A DNA stretch of 64,000 nucleotides from positions 2,637 through 66,636 of IMG/VR virus record IMGVR_UViG_3300028800_000010, one strand, 5' to 3'. Below are positions 29,857-39,289 of this stretch, in pieces. How positions within the stretch are numbered: the first letter of the stretch is position 1; the number at the start of each line of letters is the position of its first letter. Position numbers and translations under genes: made by a program. The notes under the pieces are model-generated. The model saw only the letters and a list, made by a program, of their open reading frames with translations. It did not search any database and was not told the origin of the DNA. Source of the stretch: a virus.

Positions 29857-30156
29857 CTAGGCGGCCCGGCGGGCCTTCATAAACCAGACGGGAGCCTCGT
29901 CCTCAAGGAAATTCCTAACAGCGCGCCGAACCCACGTTTTTGGTGGCCAGCCCGTTTCGGCGGCGAGATCGGCGATGCGAAGGCGCTGGCTCCGGGTCAG
30001 GATGGCCAGTTCGATGTCGCCAAACGCGGGCATCGGTTTGAGGCTGTTGGTGAAGTTGTAGATTGCGGCGGCGACTTTGAGAGCGGCCCTGCGGTCACGA
30101 GCGGCCTTGTTGTTGCGGCGGTTGGATTTGCGGGTGGTACGCTTAACTGTAGCCAT
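29857..30156 (-). CDS. small basic protein, possibly ribbon-helix-helix
   Basis: GGAGG RBS; C-terminus (VRRAVRNFLEDEAPVW) resembles that of 51693-51878 (VDRAVKNMLETEAPVW). Confidence 0.55.
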   Translation of the reverse strand: MATVKRTTRKSNRRNNKAARDRRAALKVAAAIYNFTNSLKPMPAFGDIELAILTRSQRLRIADLAAETGWPPKTWVRRAVRNFLEDEAPVWFMKARRAA

Positions 30157-30237
30157 TTGGTTGCCCCTCCTAACAGGGCGGCTTCTTGGTTAGGGTTCCG
30201 TTCGGTGTTCAAGCACCGGGCGGAGCCCGTTTGAGTT

Positions 30238-30438
30238 TCAGGAGCGTTTGCGGTAGTTCTGCTCCTTGTAGGCCTTGACGAAATCGGCTTCTTCCTGGGA
30301 CCACAGCCGATGGCTGATCCCGCTGATTTTCAAGTTGTTCTCAGGCTCCGGAATCTCCTTGGCGTAAAGCCAGCGGAGCAAGGTCGATTTATTTACCCCG
30401 GCAGCCTCTGCAACTTGAGATGTGGAGTAAATCTTCAT
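30238..30438 (-). CDS. MerR-type HTH DNA-binding protein (Xis/BldC-like), probably leaderless
   Basis: YSTSQVAEAAGVNKSTLLRW...IPEP...HRLWS motif. Confidence 0.75.
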   Translation of the reverse strand: MKIYSTSQVAEAAGVNKSTLLRWLYAKEIPEPENNLKISGISHRLWSQEEADFVKAYKEQNYRKRS

Positions 30439-30445
30439 AAACATG

Positions 30446-30474
30446 ACTGTAGGCGTTAACAATGTATTTGTCAA
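30446..30474 (-). promoter_or_regulatory. sigma70 promoter
   Basis: TTGACA-17bp-TACAGT, 7 bp before ATG 30438. Confidence 0.7.
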
Positions 30475-30508
30475 GGTAATTATTGATTTTTGTTAATTTC
30501 TTCCGTGT

Positions 30509-30576
30509 AACTTAAGTTGCATCACATTGCACCAGGTTTCACCATGTTGGTTGCACCGTGTTGCAGCATGTAACGC
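30509..30576 (+). repeat. array 1 of 10-bp direct repeats (consensus TTGCACCATG)
   Basis: AACTTAAGTT palindrome, then TTGCATCACA, TTGCACCAGG, TTTCACCATG, (TTGG), TTGCACCGTG, TTGCAGCATG, TAACGC. Confidence 0.75.
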
Positions 30577-30801
30577 CCCGTGACGGGAGGACCGCGGCGC
30601 CGTGGCCCAGAAATGAGGATCAGTCAGACGGCCGCCTCCATCAGGGGTACCTTTCCGGGGAGGCGCCCAGCTTTGCAACGTTGACAGCGGGCCGCCCTTT
30701 ACGGGTTGCTGTGCGTAGCCGGGTCCCTTGCTGCGTGAGTGGGGCGGACTCTACCATTCCCAGACTATTCTTGAGCCGCGAGACCGTCTGACCAAACCTG
30801 C

Positions 30802-30845
30802 AACTTAAGTTACACCATGTTTCACAGTGTTGAACCGCGTAACGC
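30802..30845 (+). repeat. array 2 of 10-bp direct repeats
   Basis: AACTTAAGTT, then TTACACCATG, TTTCACAGTG, TTGAACCGCG, TAACGC. Confidence 0.75.
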
Positions 30846-30869
30846 GAGATTCGCCCGAGGTGCCCCGTA

Positions 30870-31553
30870 ATGCCCCCCAGGAAAGATGTGCCGCTCACCG
30901 TGCACGAGCAGCGCTTTGTCATTCACTACATTCGCGAAGGAGCCGCTCCCGAAGTCGCCTATATCGCCGAGCGCAAGGCGCGCTTGAAGAAGGGCGAGGG
31001 CGAGAAGATGCTCCGCCGGCGTCACGTGCAGGAAGAGATCCACCGCCGGAAGATTCTGGTCGAGTACGAGGAAAACCGCCTCATCGCGAAAGACAACGTC
31101 GCGACCGTCCAGCGCGACGACGAGCGCGACCTGGTGACGCTCCATAAGATCGAGTCGGCCCTCGACAAGGTCATCGCGCTCGACGCCGAAAAGCACGGGA
31201 CAACGGTCCTGAAGGCGATCGAGCTGGGGTTGATCTACACCGGATCGATTCGCGACGGCAACAAGGTCAAGCTCTCGACCATCGACCCGCTCGGCACGGA
31301 CAAAAACACGAAGCCCGACGACGGGGAGATGAAGCCGCGCGAGGACGGGTTCTATACCTCGATCTTCGCCAACATGAAGGCCGATGGCGCGGCGGCGCCG
31401 CCCGCCGAGCCGGTTGAGCCGGCCGAGCTGATGCCGGCCGAAGACCCGAAGCCCCTGCCGACGGTCCCCGTGGTCGCGGCCACGCCCCCGAAGCCCGCGC
31501 CCAAACCTGCTGCTAAGAAAGAAATCAAGCCGCCTCAGATCGAAATCACGTAG
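30870..31553 (+). CDS. terS: terminase small subunit
   Basis: LT..EQRFV..Y...AY...MLR...VQEEI pattern and KAIEL; upstream of TerL. Confidence 0.65.
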   Translation: MPPRKDVPLTVHEQRFVIHYIREGAAPEVAYIAERKARLKKGEGEKMLRRRHVQEEIHRRKILVEYEENRLIAKDNVATVQRDDERDLVTLHKIESALDKVIALDAEKHGTTVLKAIELGLIYTGSIRDGNKVKLSTIDPLGTDKNTKPDDGEMKPREDGFYTSIFANMKADGAAAPPAEPVEPAELMPAEDPKPLPTVPVVAATPPKPAPKPAAKKEIKPPQIEIT

Positions 31554-31587
31554 TCTTTGTACCATCTGTACCCCGAGGGAAGAACCC

Positions 31588-31860
31588 ATGTTGAAGGTAC
31601 TGAATCTGCGCAATGTGCCCGAAGAACTGATGCGCGAACTGAAGGCTGCGGCGGCTCTGGCTGATGAGCCGTTTCACCCGTTTTGTGTTGCCCTGATCAA
31701 AGCTGGCCTGCTGCACTGGCGCGTCTCCCAGCCAGGCTATCCGTTTATCCCGCTCGAAGACCACGTGGCGCCGACCTATGGCGGCATCCAGAGAACCGCA
31801 GCGCCTGAATCCCCCGCATCGCCCACCCCTGAACCGCCTCAAGAAATCGAAATCACCTAA
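31588..31860 (+). CDS. Arc/FitA-like ribbon-helix-helix protein
   Basis: LNLRNVPEELMRELKAAA. Confidence 0.6.
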   Translation: MLKVLNLRNVPEELMRELKAAAALADEPFHPFCVALIKAGLLHWRVSQPGYPFIPLEDHVAPTYGGIQRTAAPESPASPTPEPPQEIEIT

Positions 31861-31863
31861 CGC

Positions 31864-33636
31864 ATGTCCACGAAATCCGCAGTGACCGCGGCGGTCCTCT
31901 CCGCAGCGCTCACCGGCTGGCTCGCCGACGCGGCCCTGAAGGCCCACGTCGACTGGGGCGCCGAGTTTGCGCGCATGCGCGAGCTCGCTCCGCTGCCCTT
32001 CCCGCAGCTGCAGCCGCCTCCCTTCGATCTCCATCCCCCTGGTTGGGAGCCGATCTGGTGGCCGATCAATTCGGCCCAGCAGATGGCCATCAACTGCCGC
32101 GCCGAGCTGCTGCTCTTTGGCGGCCAGTCGGGCGGCGGCAAGACGTCGTTCCTCGCGGCCGATGCCATGCAGGAGTACAAGAATCCCTACCTGCGCTCCC
32201 TGATTCTCCGCACCACCAAGACAGAGATGGGCGAAATCTCGGATCAGATGCGGAAGATGTACGAGCCGCTCGGCGCCAAGTGGAAGCGGCCCAACAAGTT
32301 TGAAGACTACGCCTGGGTGTTCCCGAACGGCGGGTCAATCACCCCGGGCTACATCCGCAACGAGAAGGATCTCAACCGCTACCAGGGCAACCCGAAGTCG
32401 CACGTGGGTCTGGACGAGAGCGGCCAGCATCCGGAGAAGCTCATTCGCCGGCTGCTCGGCTGGCTCGCGGCACCCAGGCGCTCGGGCCTCTTTGTGCGCG
32501 CGCGCTTCGGATCGAACCCCGGCGGCCCCGGCCACGGCTGGCAGTCCTCGGTGTTCCTCCGAGGACGCTGCCCGGTGCACTACCCGGCCGATCATGCGGA
32601 TCTGAGCCCGAGCGAGACCAGCGCCTTCCCGGGGCGGGTCTACAAGGGCGCCCGCTGGCCGTCTGACGGCTCGCCGGTCTACAAGACCACCGCCTTCATT
32701 CCGGCCCGCCTGATCGACAACCCGCTCTATGACCGGGTGAAGCTTGAGTCCCTGCTCACCCAGACCGCAGATATCCGGGAACAGTTGCTTTGGGGCTGCT
32801 GGTGCAACGCCGAAGGCCTCTACTTCCCCTTCCTCCGCCCCGAGTATCAGGTGCCGTTCCAGACCATCGACCGCCAGTGGTGGTGGGGGCACTTCATCTC
32901 GATCGATTACGGCTACGGCAACTCGGCCGCGGCAGCCGGCCTCTACGCGATCGCGCCCTCGGGCGTCGTCTACAAGGTCGGGGAGCGCATCGAGAAGAAG
33001 ATGCAGTCCAAAGAGTTCGCGCGGCGTCTCGTGAAAGATGGGTTCCCGGAAACGCATAACCCGCGGCAGGGCCCCATGCAGGCCTGGACCCGGAAGCTGC
33101 GGCCCCGGGATCCGGAAGGGCCGCGCATCCTCTGGGCCATGTTCGACCCGGCCAACGATCAGCACACCGGCACCGGCAAATCGAACTATGAGCAGATGGG
33201 CGAAGTCTTTCACGAGGCCGGGATTCCGACGATGCTCGGCGCGCACGACCCGATGGGCAACGCCCAGAACCTTTACTCCGGCCTGGTCAACCGCGAGCTC
33301 GTGACGACGACCGCCTGCCCGTACACCTACAACACGCTGATTTCGCGCGTGGTCGACGATCGCAAGGCCGTGAAGAAGGAGAAGGGCAACCCCCAGGACG
33401 ATTGCTATGACGAGACATCGTATGCCTGGAACACGTACAAGCAGGAGAGCGTGAAGCCGGAGCTGGTGAGCCTGGAACAGGAGATCGACCAGATGCGCAA
33501 GGATGGGGTCGACGAGACCTCGATCGCGCGCTACAGCTGGCGCCGGCAGCAGGAAATCCGCGCCGCTGCGCAGCAGGCCGAACGGGGAATCGCGCTCACC
33601 GGGAAACGCATCGGCCGGCGGATCACCCGGCGTTAG
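31864..33636 (+). CDS. terL: terminase large subunit
   Basis: GGQSGGGKT Walker A, GLDE Walker B, SNPGGPGH, IDYG/DPA/DDCYD nuclease motifs. Confidence 0.9.
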   Translation: MSTKSAVTAAVLSAALTGWLADAALKAHVDWGAEFARMRELAPLPFPQLQPPPFDLHPPGWEPIWWPINSAQQMAINCRAELLLFGGQSGGGKTSFLAADAMQEYKNPYLRSLILRTTKTEMGEISDQMRKMYEPLGAKWKRPNKFEDYAWVFPNGGSITPGYIRNEKDLNRYQGNPKSHVGLDESGQHPEKLIRRLLGWLAAPRRSGLFVRARFGSNPGGPGHGWQSSVFLRGRCPVHYPADHADLSPSETSAFPGRVYKGARWPSDGSPVYKTTAFIPARLIDNPLYDRVKLESLLTQTADIREQLLWGCWCNAEGLYFPFLRPEYQVPFQTIDRQWWWGHFISIDYGYGNSAAAAGLYAIAPSGVVYKVGERIEKKMQSKEFARRLVKDGFPETHNPRQGPMQAWTRKLRPRDPEGPRILWAMFDPANDQHTGTGKSNYEQMGEVFHEAGIPTMLGAHDPMGNAQNLYSGLVNRELVTTTACPYTYNTLISRVVDDRKAVKKEKGNPQDDCYDETSYAWNTYKQESVKPELVSLEQEIDQMRKDGVDETSIARYSWRRQQEIRAAAQQAERGIALTGKRIGRRITRR

Positions 33637-33821
33637 GTCAGTTCTTCGAGATGTTGGGAGAGGGGCCAGCGTGGGTCGCGCGACGCATACGCCGGATGGT
33701 CCACATAGGCGGACTCGATCAGGGCTTCGATGTCCTTCTGGGGAGCCAGGGAGTCGAGCTCGTCCTTCGAGACGGCGCCGCGCCAGCCTTCGACCTGAAT
33801 GGGATATTGGGGATTCCGCAT
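33633..33821 (-). CDS. hypothetical protein
   Basis: GGAG RBS before ATG; AT-rich upstream region. Confidence 0.5.
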   Translation of the reverse strand: MRNPQYPIQVEGWRGAVSKDELDSLAPQKDIEALIESAYVDHPAYASRDPRWPLSQHLEELT

Positions 33822-33989
33822 GGTCGCTCCTACCGGTACGGCTGTACCGGATTCCATAAAGCGTATCATGATTTTCACAAAAATCAATGTAAGTATATTT
33901 ACGAGGGCCGGTCATGACCCGGCCCCCTGTTCAAGAAGCTTCTCTTCCGGTTCGGATATTCCTCCTTTTTCTAGGATTTAGCTGCAAAA

Positions 33990-34625
33990 CTACGCTTGTA
34001 CCTCGCGCAGCGCTTCCTCGCGCGCCTGGTTCAATTCCTGCATGGCGGCCTCGCTTCCGCCCCTGTCCGGATGGCATTCTTTAGCCCGATCTCGATAACA
34101 CTCTTCGATCAGAACGCGGGATGGGACGGGACGGCTCACACCCAGCACTATTCTCCAGGGTCGATGCGAGCCCGACGGCAACGCCGCGAAGCCGCGGAAG
34201 CTGCGCTCCTGCACCTGGGCGCCGCCGTGGCGCTCGATGGCGCGCAGGGCCTCGACGGCCGCCGCCACCGCACAGAGGTTATCGGCGACGGTCCGGTAGA
34301 TGTCGATCGCCATGCACTGCATGGGCGCCTCCTGGCTTTTGCGCCAGTAGACGGCGACGCCATGGTCCCGCGGCTCCGTCTGGTCGCTCCTGGGCAGCCC
34401 GTCGAGCCGGGTGGGGATATTGGTTGAAATCAGCACGTCGTCGCGCTTGACGCCCATCAGGGCGAGCTCAGAGAGGATCCGGTTGATCCCGTCGATCACG
34501 CTGACCCGCTTGCCGTAGCTTTTGAACTGGGCGCTCTTCATGCTGCCGTCGTCGCGCGTCCGCTTCCAGCCGTCCGGCCAGCAGAGCGGATATTGCGAGA
34601 GTTTGTATTTGCGGTCCTCGTCCAT
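33990..34625 (-). CDS. phage J-domain (DnaJ-like) protein
   Basis: YPLCWP.GW N-domain; C-terminal HPDRGGS...MQELNQA. Confidence 0.8.
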   Translation of the reverse strand: MDEDRKYKLSQYPLCWPDGWKRTRDDGSMKSAQFKSYGKRVSVIDGINRILSELALMGVKRDDVLISTNIPTRLDGLPRSDQTEPRDHGVAVYWRKSQEAPMQCMAIDIYRTVADNLCAVAAAVEALRAIERHGGAQVQERSFRGFAALPSGSHRPWRIVLGVSRPVPSRVLIEECYRDRAKECHPDRGGSEAAMQELNQAREEALREVQA

Positions 34626-34646
34626 CAGATTCTCCCTTTCAGAAAG

Positions 34647-35824
34647 CTACGGCTGTACACCTTGGAACAGAGGGCCTGGGTTCAGGCAGTGCGGCGAGAA
34701 CCAGACCCTTTCCTTCTTTGCGTTTGCCCGTCCCCTGGTCTGGCCAGATTGGTTTCCATATCCGCCGTTGGCCTTCCAGGCGACACATTCCCAACTGGCC
34801 GGCATCTCGTGCTCACCGTCGTAGCCGCAGAGCGCAATCCGCAACTCAGGGTTCTCTCCATTCTCGATGGCCCATATCCTCACGTCGTGGGCCACGTCGA
34901 AGCTTTCCTCGTTATAGACCGTTCCCCGATCGGCGGCGTAGGGCGGGTCGAGAAACACGGCGGTCGTTCCAATCGCAGTAGTCGGCGACGGTCCGAGGAT
35001 CCGCTTCCAGTCGCCACAGCAGACCCGGACTCGCCGCATGCGCTCAGCCAAAACGTTCATATAGGCCTCGAGGTCGCTTGCGTATTGGGCGAAGACGCCG
35101 CGCCCGGAAGCACCGCTGTCACCGCTGATATCCGGCAATTGCCCCCCCCCCCGACTCTGGCTTGCATGTCCGCTGCGGCTACGCCAAGGCCTCCTCGTTT
35201 AATCTGCGGTCGCTTCATAGGCAGTTTTTGCAGGCTCTCGCGGTGGACACCGCGAGAGCCACCCCTCCCCACTGCGGGCAGCTTCCGGTGGACTCCGTTC
35301 GAATTGAGGTTGGGCCTGGTCTTCCATAGCGTGCCGTTTATGGGAAGGTGTCTACTCACATCCGCGCGGTGCACTCCGCGCGGATGGCGTTCACAGGCAT
35401 GCCGGCCGCGCCACTCGGGCCGGGTGCACCATCCTGAGCCAATCCATTGTGAGATGCCCCAGACCCACCAGCCCGCGATCTTCGCGTCGTAGTAATCAGG
35501 ATCAGACTTCATCCGCTCCTGGAACGCGGCCTGATTCACGAGCCACAGATGACGAGCATGAAGATCCGCCTCGTTGACGGGCCAGTCGGCGTACTTCGTC
35601 ACTTCGGCCGGCGCGGCCTGGAGTGCCCGCCAAAAGTTCGCGAGATAGCAATCCTTGTCGTTCACAGTCTCATTCACTGGGTCATGAGGCCGCGCGAGTA
35701 AGACCGCGCCGGACCCGAAGAAGGGTTCCACGTAGTTGACCACGTCCCCGAAGCGCGGCCAGACGAAATCGGCAACTCGAGATTTTCCGCCGAACCAGGG
35801 GAACGGCGCCTTGAGCGTATTCAA
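34647..35824 (-). pseudogene. Dam/D12-class adenine methyltransferase, frameshifted at a G11 tract (phase-variable or sequencing error)
   Basis: PWFGGK, YVEPFFGSG and ETVND in the 5' ORF; FLDPPY in the 3' ORF; C11 at 35142-35152 shifts the frame. Confidence 0.85.
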
Positions 35825-36054
35825 AGATGCACCTCGCGGCCCCGGTCGTCACATCCTCTGGCAACGAAGTCGTCGAGCTTGTCACCCTTGTGCTGGCGGT
35901 GCCACTCGACGCGCGCGCGTACTGTGCGCAGCGGTTCAGACTTGGCGCCGCATTCGCACACGGCCGGCCTCGGCACATAGCGACCGTGCGGGCCGCCAAT
36001 CCGACCATGGGCAAGCGCGTGCCCGGCAACCTTGGCCTTGTACGGGTCACCCAT
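35821..36054 (-). CDS. small zinc-binding protein
   Basis: H...CECG...WH..H. Confidence 0.55.
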   Translation of the reverse strand: MGDPYKAKVAGHALAHGRIGGPHGRYVPRPAVCECGAKSEPLRTVRARVEWHRQHKGDKLDDFVARGCDDRGREVHL

Positions 36055-37018
36055 GGGCGACCCCCGGAAATTCGCGCACGCGCAGCTCATGCGGCCACTC
36101 GTGCCAGTCGCCGCCCTTCTTGTCGCGCTTCCGATGGCGCTCCCCATCCTGGATGATATGCGCGCCCAGCTGCTTCACGAAGCAGGCTACGCCGGCATCG
36201 CGGCATTGCTCGACAAGGCTCGCCGCCCACTCCGTCCGAAAGGGTCGCGACCCGGGGCCGCTCTCACCGCCTACGATGACCCAGTCGAGCTTCCGCCAGT
36301 CGCCATTGTCGGAGTAGCCCCGCAGAGCATTGATGTAGAGCGGCGCAGTCCCCGCGACTGCGTAATAGCCTTCGCGAGACGGGTTGAGGACGTGGCTCAA
36401 AACGATCTCATCGAGCAGGGGCTCGGCTGAGATGAACCGCACGGCCGCCGGCGTTTCCAGCAGAAGCGGAATGCGCTCATCAGCATACTTCTGGTTCTCG
36501 ACGCTCACCCCCAGCCAGACGTTCGGCAGGGGCAGGCCGGGCCACTCGGCGACCGGCTCCCCGGTCAGAGCCAGATGCCGTTTGCCGATGTGCTGGCCGA
36601 TGAAGGCGCCGCGCACGTCGAGGTGAGCGTACTTGAGGAAATAGTCGAGCATGCGCTCGGGCCGCTTGGTGAGGATCTGGAACGTGTGCTGCGGGCAGGC
36701 CGCCATGACCGCGAAAATCTCGTCAATCCACTCTTCGGCCACGTTCTCGTGAAACAGGTCGGACATCGAATTGACGAAGACGCGGCGCGGCGCCCGCCAG
36801 TGGAGCGGATCCTCAAGGTGATTGGTTGCGAAATCAACTTTGCCCGTCCATGCCGGATGCCCGTTGGCGATGTGCACGAGGCCTTCGTAAGCTCCCAGCG
36901 GGCCGCTCTGCCGGATGGCTTGGCGTTCGGCATAGCAGTTCATGCACCCCGGCGAAACCCGCGAACAGCCGCGCACCGGATTCCAGGTTTCGTCCGTCCA
37001 TTCGATATTCGTGCTCAT
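36047..37018 (-). CDS. phage Gp37/Gp68 (DUF5131) family protein
   Basis: IEWTDETWNP.GC...SPGC.NCYA, FVNSMSDLFH, LTKRPER, WVIVGGESG. Confidence 0.9.
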   Translation of the reverse strand: MSTNIEWTDETWNPVRGCSRVSPGCMNCYAERQAIRQSGPLGAYEGLVHIANGHPAWTGKVDFATNHLEDPLHWRAPRRVFVNSMSDLFHENVAEEWIDEIFAVMAACPQHTFQILTKRPERMLDYFLKYAHLDVRGAFIGQHIGKRHLALTGEPVAEWPGLPLPNVWLGVSVENQKYADERIPLLLETPAAVRFISAEPLLDEIVLSHVLNPSREGYYAVAGTAPLYINALRGYSDNGDWRKLDWVIVGGESGPGSRPFRTEWAASLVEQCRDAGVACFVKQLGAHIIQDGERHRKRDKKGGDWHEWPHELRVREFPGVAHG

Positions 37019-37032
37019 GAGTGACCTCTCCT

Positions 37033-37419
37033 CTACGCCGGCGCAAGCACCATCGGTGCGACGGTCTTCTTCGGGCCGCGCTTGCGGGCGGCCATGGTCT
37101 TGATGCGGTCGAGCAGCTCGGCGCGACTGATCGCAGCCCCGACCGCCGCATCGGCGCCTGAGCCGTAGAACTGAGCCCAAGGGCCTTCGGTGACGACGAC
37201 CAGGGGAACGTGCGGCAGAACTGCTTTGATGGCCGCGCACCAGGCCGGATCCGGGGGATCGTAGACGAGGACCAGGTCAACCGTCGCGAGGCTCTTTTCC
37301 GGTCCGCCCGGTGCGGCGGCGTCGAAGACGGCGTAGGCGTGGGTCAAAAGCACGAAGCGCGTCACCTCGCGGCGCTCCTCATTGGGGTCGATCAGGACTA
37401 TCACTTTCTTCGGTCGCAT
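37033..37419 (-). CDS. degenerate stand-alone response-regulator receiver
   Basis: VIVLID...GY-like...DLVL...VPLVVVT...GADA...ELLDRI fold pattern. Confidence 0.65.
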   Translation of the reverse strand: MRPKKVIVLIDPNEERREVTRFVLLTHAYAVFDAAAPGGPEKSLATVDLVLVYDPPDPAWCAAIKAVLPHVPLVVVTEGPWAQFYGSGADAAVGAAISRAELLDRIKTMAARKRGPKKTVAPMVLAPA

Positions 37420-37630
37420 GGGTCTCCTGTTGTGGGGATTCGTCGAGCGTCGATTGCTTGGGCTGGGCCGCGCGAATCAGCACGCGGATGGTGGGGTTCT
37501 GGCAGTCGTCGTGCAGGATGTAGCAGCCTTCGACGTGCCACTTGTCTTTCTGGCCAATGGGCCGCCGGCACGCGAAGCAGATGCGCTTCTGCGCGCCAAA
37601 CGGCCGATGGCAGGTGGGGCAGGTGTTCAC
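37379..37630 (-). CDS. small Cys/His-rich protein
   Basis: CPTC, CFAC, H..C. Confidence 0.5.
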   Translation of the reverse strand: MNTCPTCHRPFGAQKRICFACRRPIGQKDKWHVEGCYILHDDCQNPTIRVLIRAAQPKQSTLDESPQQETHATEESDSPDRPQ

Positions 37631-37908
37631 TTGGCCGCGAGTTCCTTCTCGGCGGCATTCGACTTGTCCGCCTCGGTTTCGAGGGTTCTGATCCGTTCGG
37701 CCACACCTTCCGCATGGCGAGCCGTGAGGGTGTCGGTACCGTAGGGCCTCAGAACCAACTTGTTCGGGCTGATGTCGACGACGGTGAAGTGCGTGTCCTT
37801 GATGGTCACTTTTTCACCGATGGCGAAGACCTTCCAGCCTTTTCCGAAGGCCTCTTTGACCGCGTCGTCGGTGTCCAACTGTTCAAAGCGATGTGTGTCT
37901 GGATTCAT
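37627..37908 (-). CDS. hypothetical protein
   Basis: Operon packing. Confidence 0.55.
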   Translation of the reverse strand: MNPDTHRFEQLDTDDAVKEAFGKGWKVFAIGEKVTIKDTHFTVVDISPNKLVLRPYGTDTLTARHAEGVAERIRTLETEADKSNAAEKELAAK

Positions 37909-37948
37909 GCCCACTTGACCTTCTAATCTGCGACCACTCCGTCGCCGG

Positions 37949-39280
37949 TTATAGGACGAGCTCCTCTTCCCGTTCACGGGTTTTGAGCAGGAGCACCTGG
38001 GCGGCGGCAATGGTCGGCTGCGGCCCCAGGGATTCGAGGAACTCATCCTCGTCGATCAGGGAATGACCAAGCGCCTTGGCGCGCCCGTAGAAGCGCAGGA
38101 TCTCCGGCTCTTTGGCGTAGTCGATGTGCCAGCGGCGATCGACCCGGCCGGGCCGGACAAGAGCGATGTCGAGGTTCTGCGGGTAGTTGGTGGTCATGAT
38201 GAGCAGACGCCCCTCAGAGGCCACGATCCCGTCGATCTGATTGAGCAGGTCACCCGGGGTCAGCCGGTCGCTTGCCGTGGGCGCCGGGGCTTGCACCTTG
38301 GCCTGCTGCTCTGATCCCGGCACCGTCCCCGCCGCATTGGCGCCCTCCGGCTGATTCATGCGCGCCACGGCGGCGGAGATACAGTCGATGTCCTCAATCA
38401 GCACGATCGAGCCAGGCCGGACTGAGTCGAGCAGGTTGGCCAGGTCTTCGCGCGAGCGGATGGCGGCGAGCGAAAGATAGTAGAGAGGCAGGCCGAGCTC
38501 GGTCGCGAGCACATGGACGAGCGTCGTCTTGCCCGTTCCCGGCGGCCCGTAGAACAGATACCCGCGGCGCCACGGAATGCCGAGCTCCTCGAACATGCGC
38601 TGGTTTTGAAGGAACTGGCGAGCGTCGTCGGCAATCTCTTCGAAGGTGCCGTGGGGCAGATAGATGGTGTCCGCGGTGCGCCGGCCGAGGGGCTTTGAAT
38701 TCCAGTAGCTGTAGCGGTGGTAGTAGTACTGCTGAATCGTCGGGTGCGAGGCCTCCCACGCCCGGCGCGCCTCTTCAAGGACCTCGAGCAGTAGGCTCCG
38801 GTCGCGGGTTCCCCAGATGGTCAGCTCGACGTGCCGGCGCGGTCCGAACAGGGAGCTGCGGTTTGAGTCCGGTGCCTGCGCTTCGTTCTTCTCGCCGCTG
38901 TCGAAGGCGAGGAAGTAGCGCTTCCAGAGGAAGGGATAGAAGCCATAGGCGGGCACGAGCTCATAGTCGCTCGTGGGGTACGCGGGGTCACACGGCCCGT
39001 CCAGGTTCGAGTGCTGCGTTTGTTTCCTGCGCAGTTGCAGGAGGGCAATGCGCCGTGCGGCGAGTTTGAGTTCGACCCAGTGCGAGAGCCAGAGAAACGC
39101 TTCGGCGTGGTCGGTCTCTTCGATCCGGACCGAGACGCGGACGCGCTGCGTAATCTGGCCGACGGTGTGACCATAGAGCCACGTCCAGAAGTTGCGGACC
39201 CAGCCGAGGGCAGCTCCGCCGATGACCAGAAGCCATACGGGGAACTGCCCCAAGCCCGGATTGGTGAGTGATGGAAGCAA
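37949..39280 (-). CDS. BCS1-like membrane-anchored AAA+ ATPase
   Basis: N-terminal TM; LVPAYG.Y.F.W BCS1_N-like; GIPWRRGYLFYGPPGTGKT, IEDID, TTN...RPGRVD. Confidence 0.85.
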   Translation of the reverse strand: MLPSLTNPGLGQFPVWLLVIGGAALGWVRNFWTWLYGHTVGQITQRVRVSVRIEETDHAEAFLWLSHWVELKLAARRIALLQLRRKQTQHSNLDGPCDPAYPTSDYELVPAYGFYPFLWKRYFLAFDSGEKNEAQAPDSNRSSLFGPRRHVELTIWGTRDRSLLLEVLEEARRAWEASHPTIQQYYYHRYSYWNSKPLGRRTADTIYLPHGTFEEIADDARQFLQNQRMFEELGIPWRRGYLFYGPPGTGKTTLVHVLATELGLPLYYLSLAAIRSREDLANLLDSVRPGSIVLIEDIDCISAAVARMNQPEGANAAGTVPGSEQQAKVQAPAPTASDRLTPGDLLNQIDGIVASEGRLLIMTTNYPQNLDIALVRPGRVDRRWHIDYAKEPEILRFYGRAKALGHSLIDEDEFLESLGPQPTIAAAQVLLLKTREREEELVL

Positions 39281-39289
39281 CGCGGTTCC

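Noticed and set aside
30509-30845. CRISPR array or parS site (TGTTTCAC half-site)
   Set aside because: Units are 10 bp with no spacers and there are no cas genes; only a parS half-site is present, not the 16-bp palindrome
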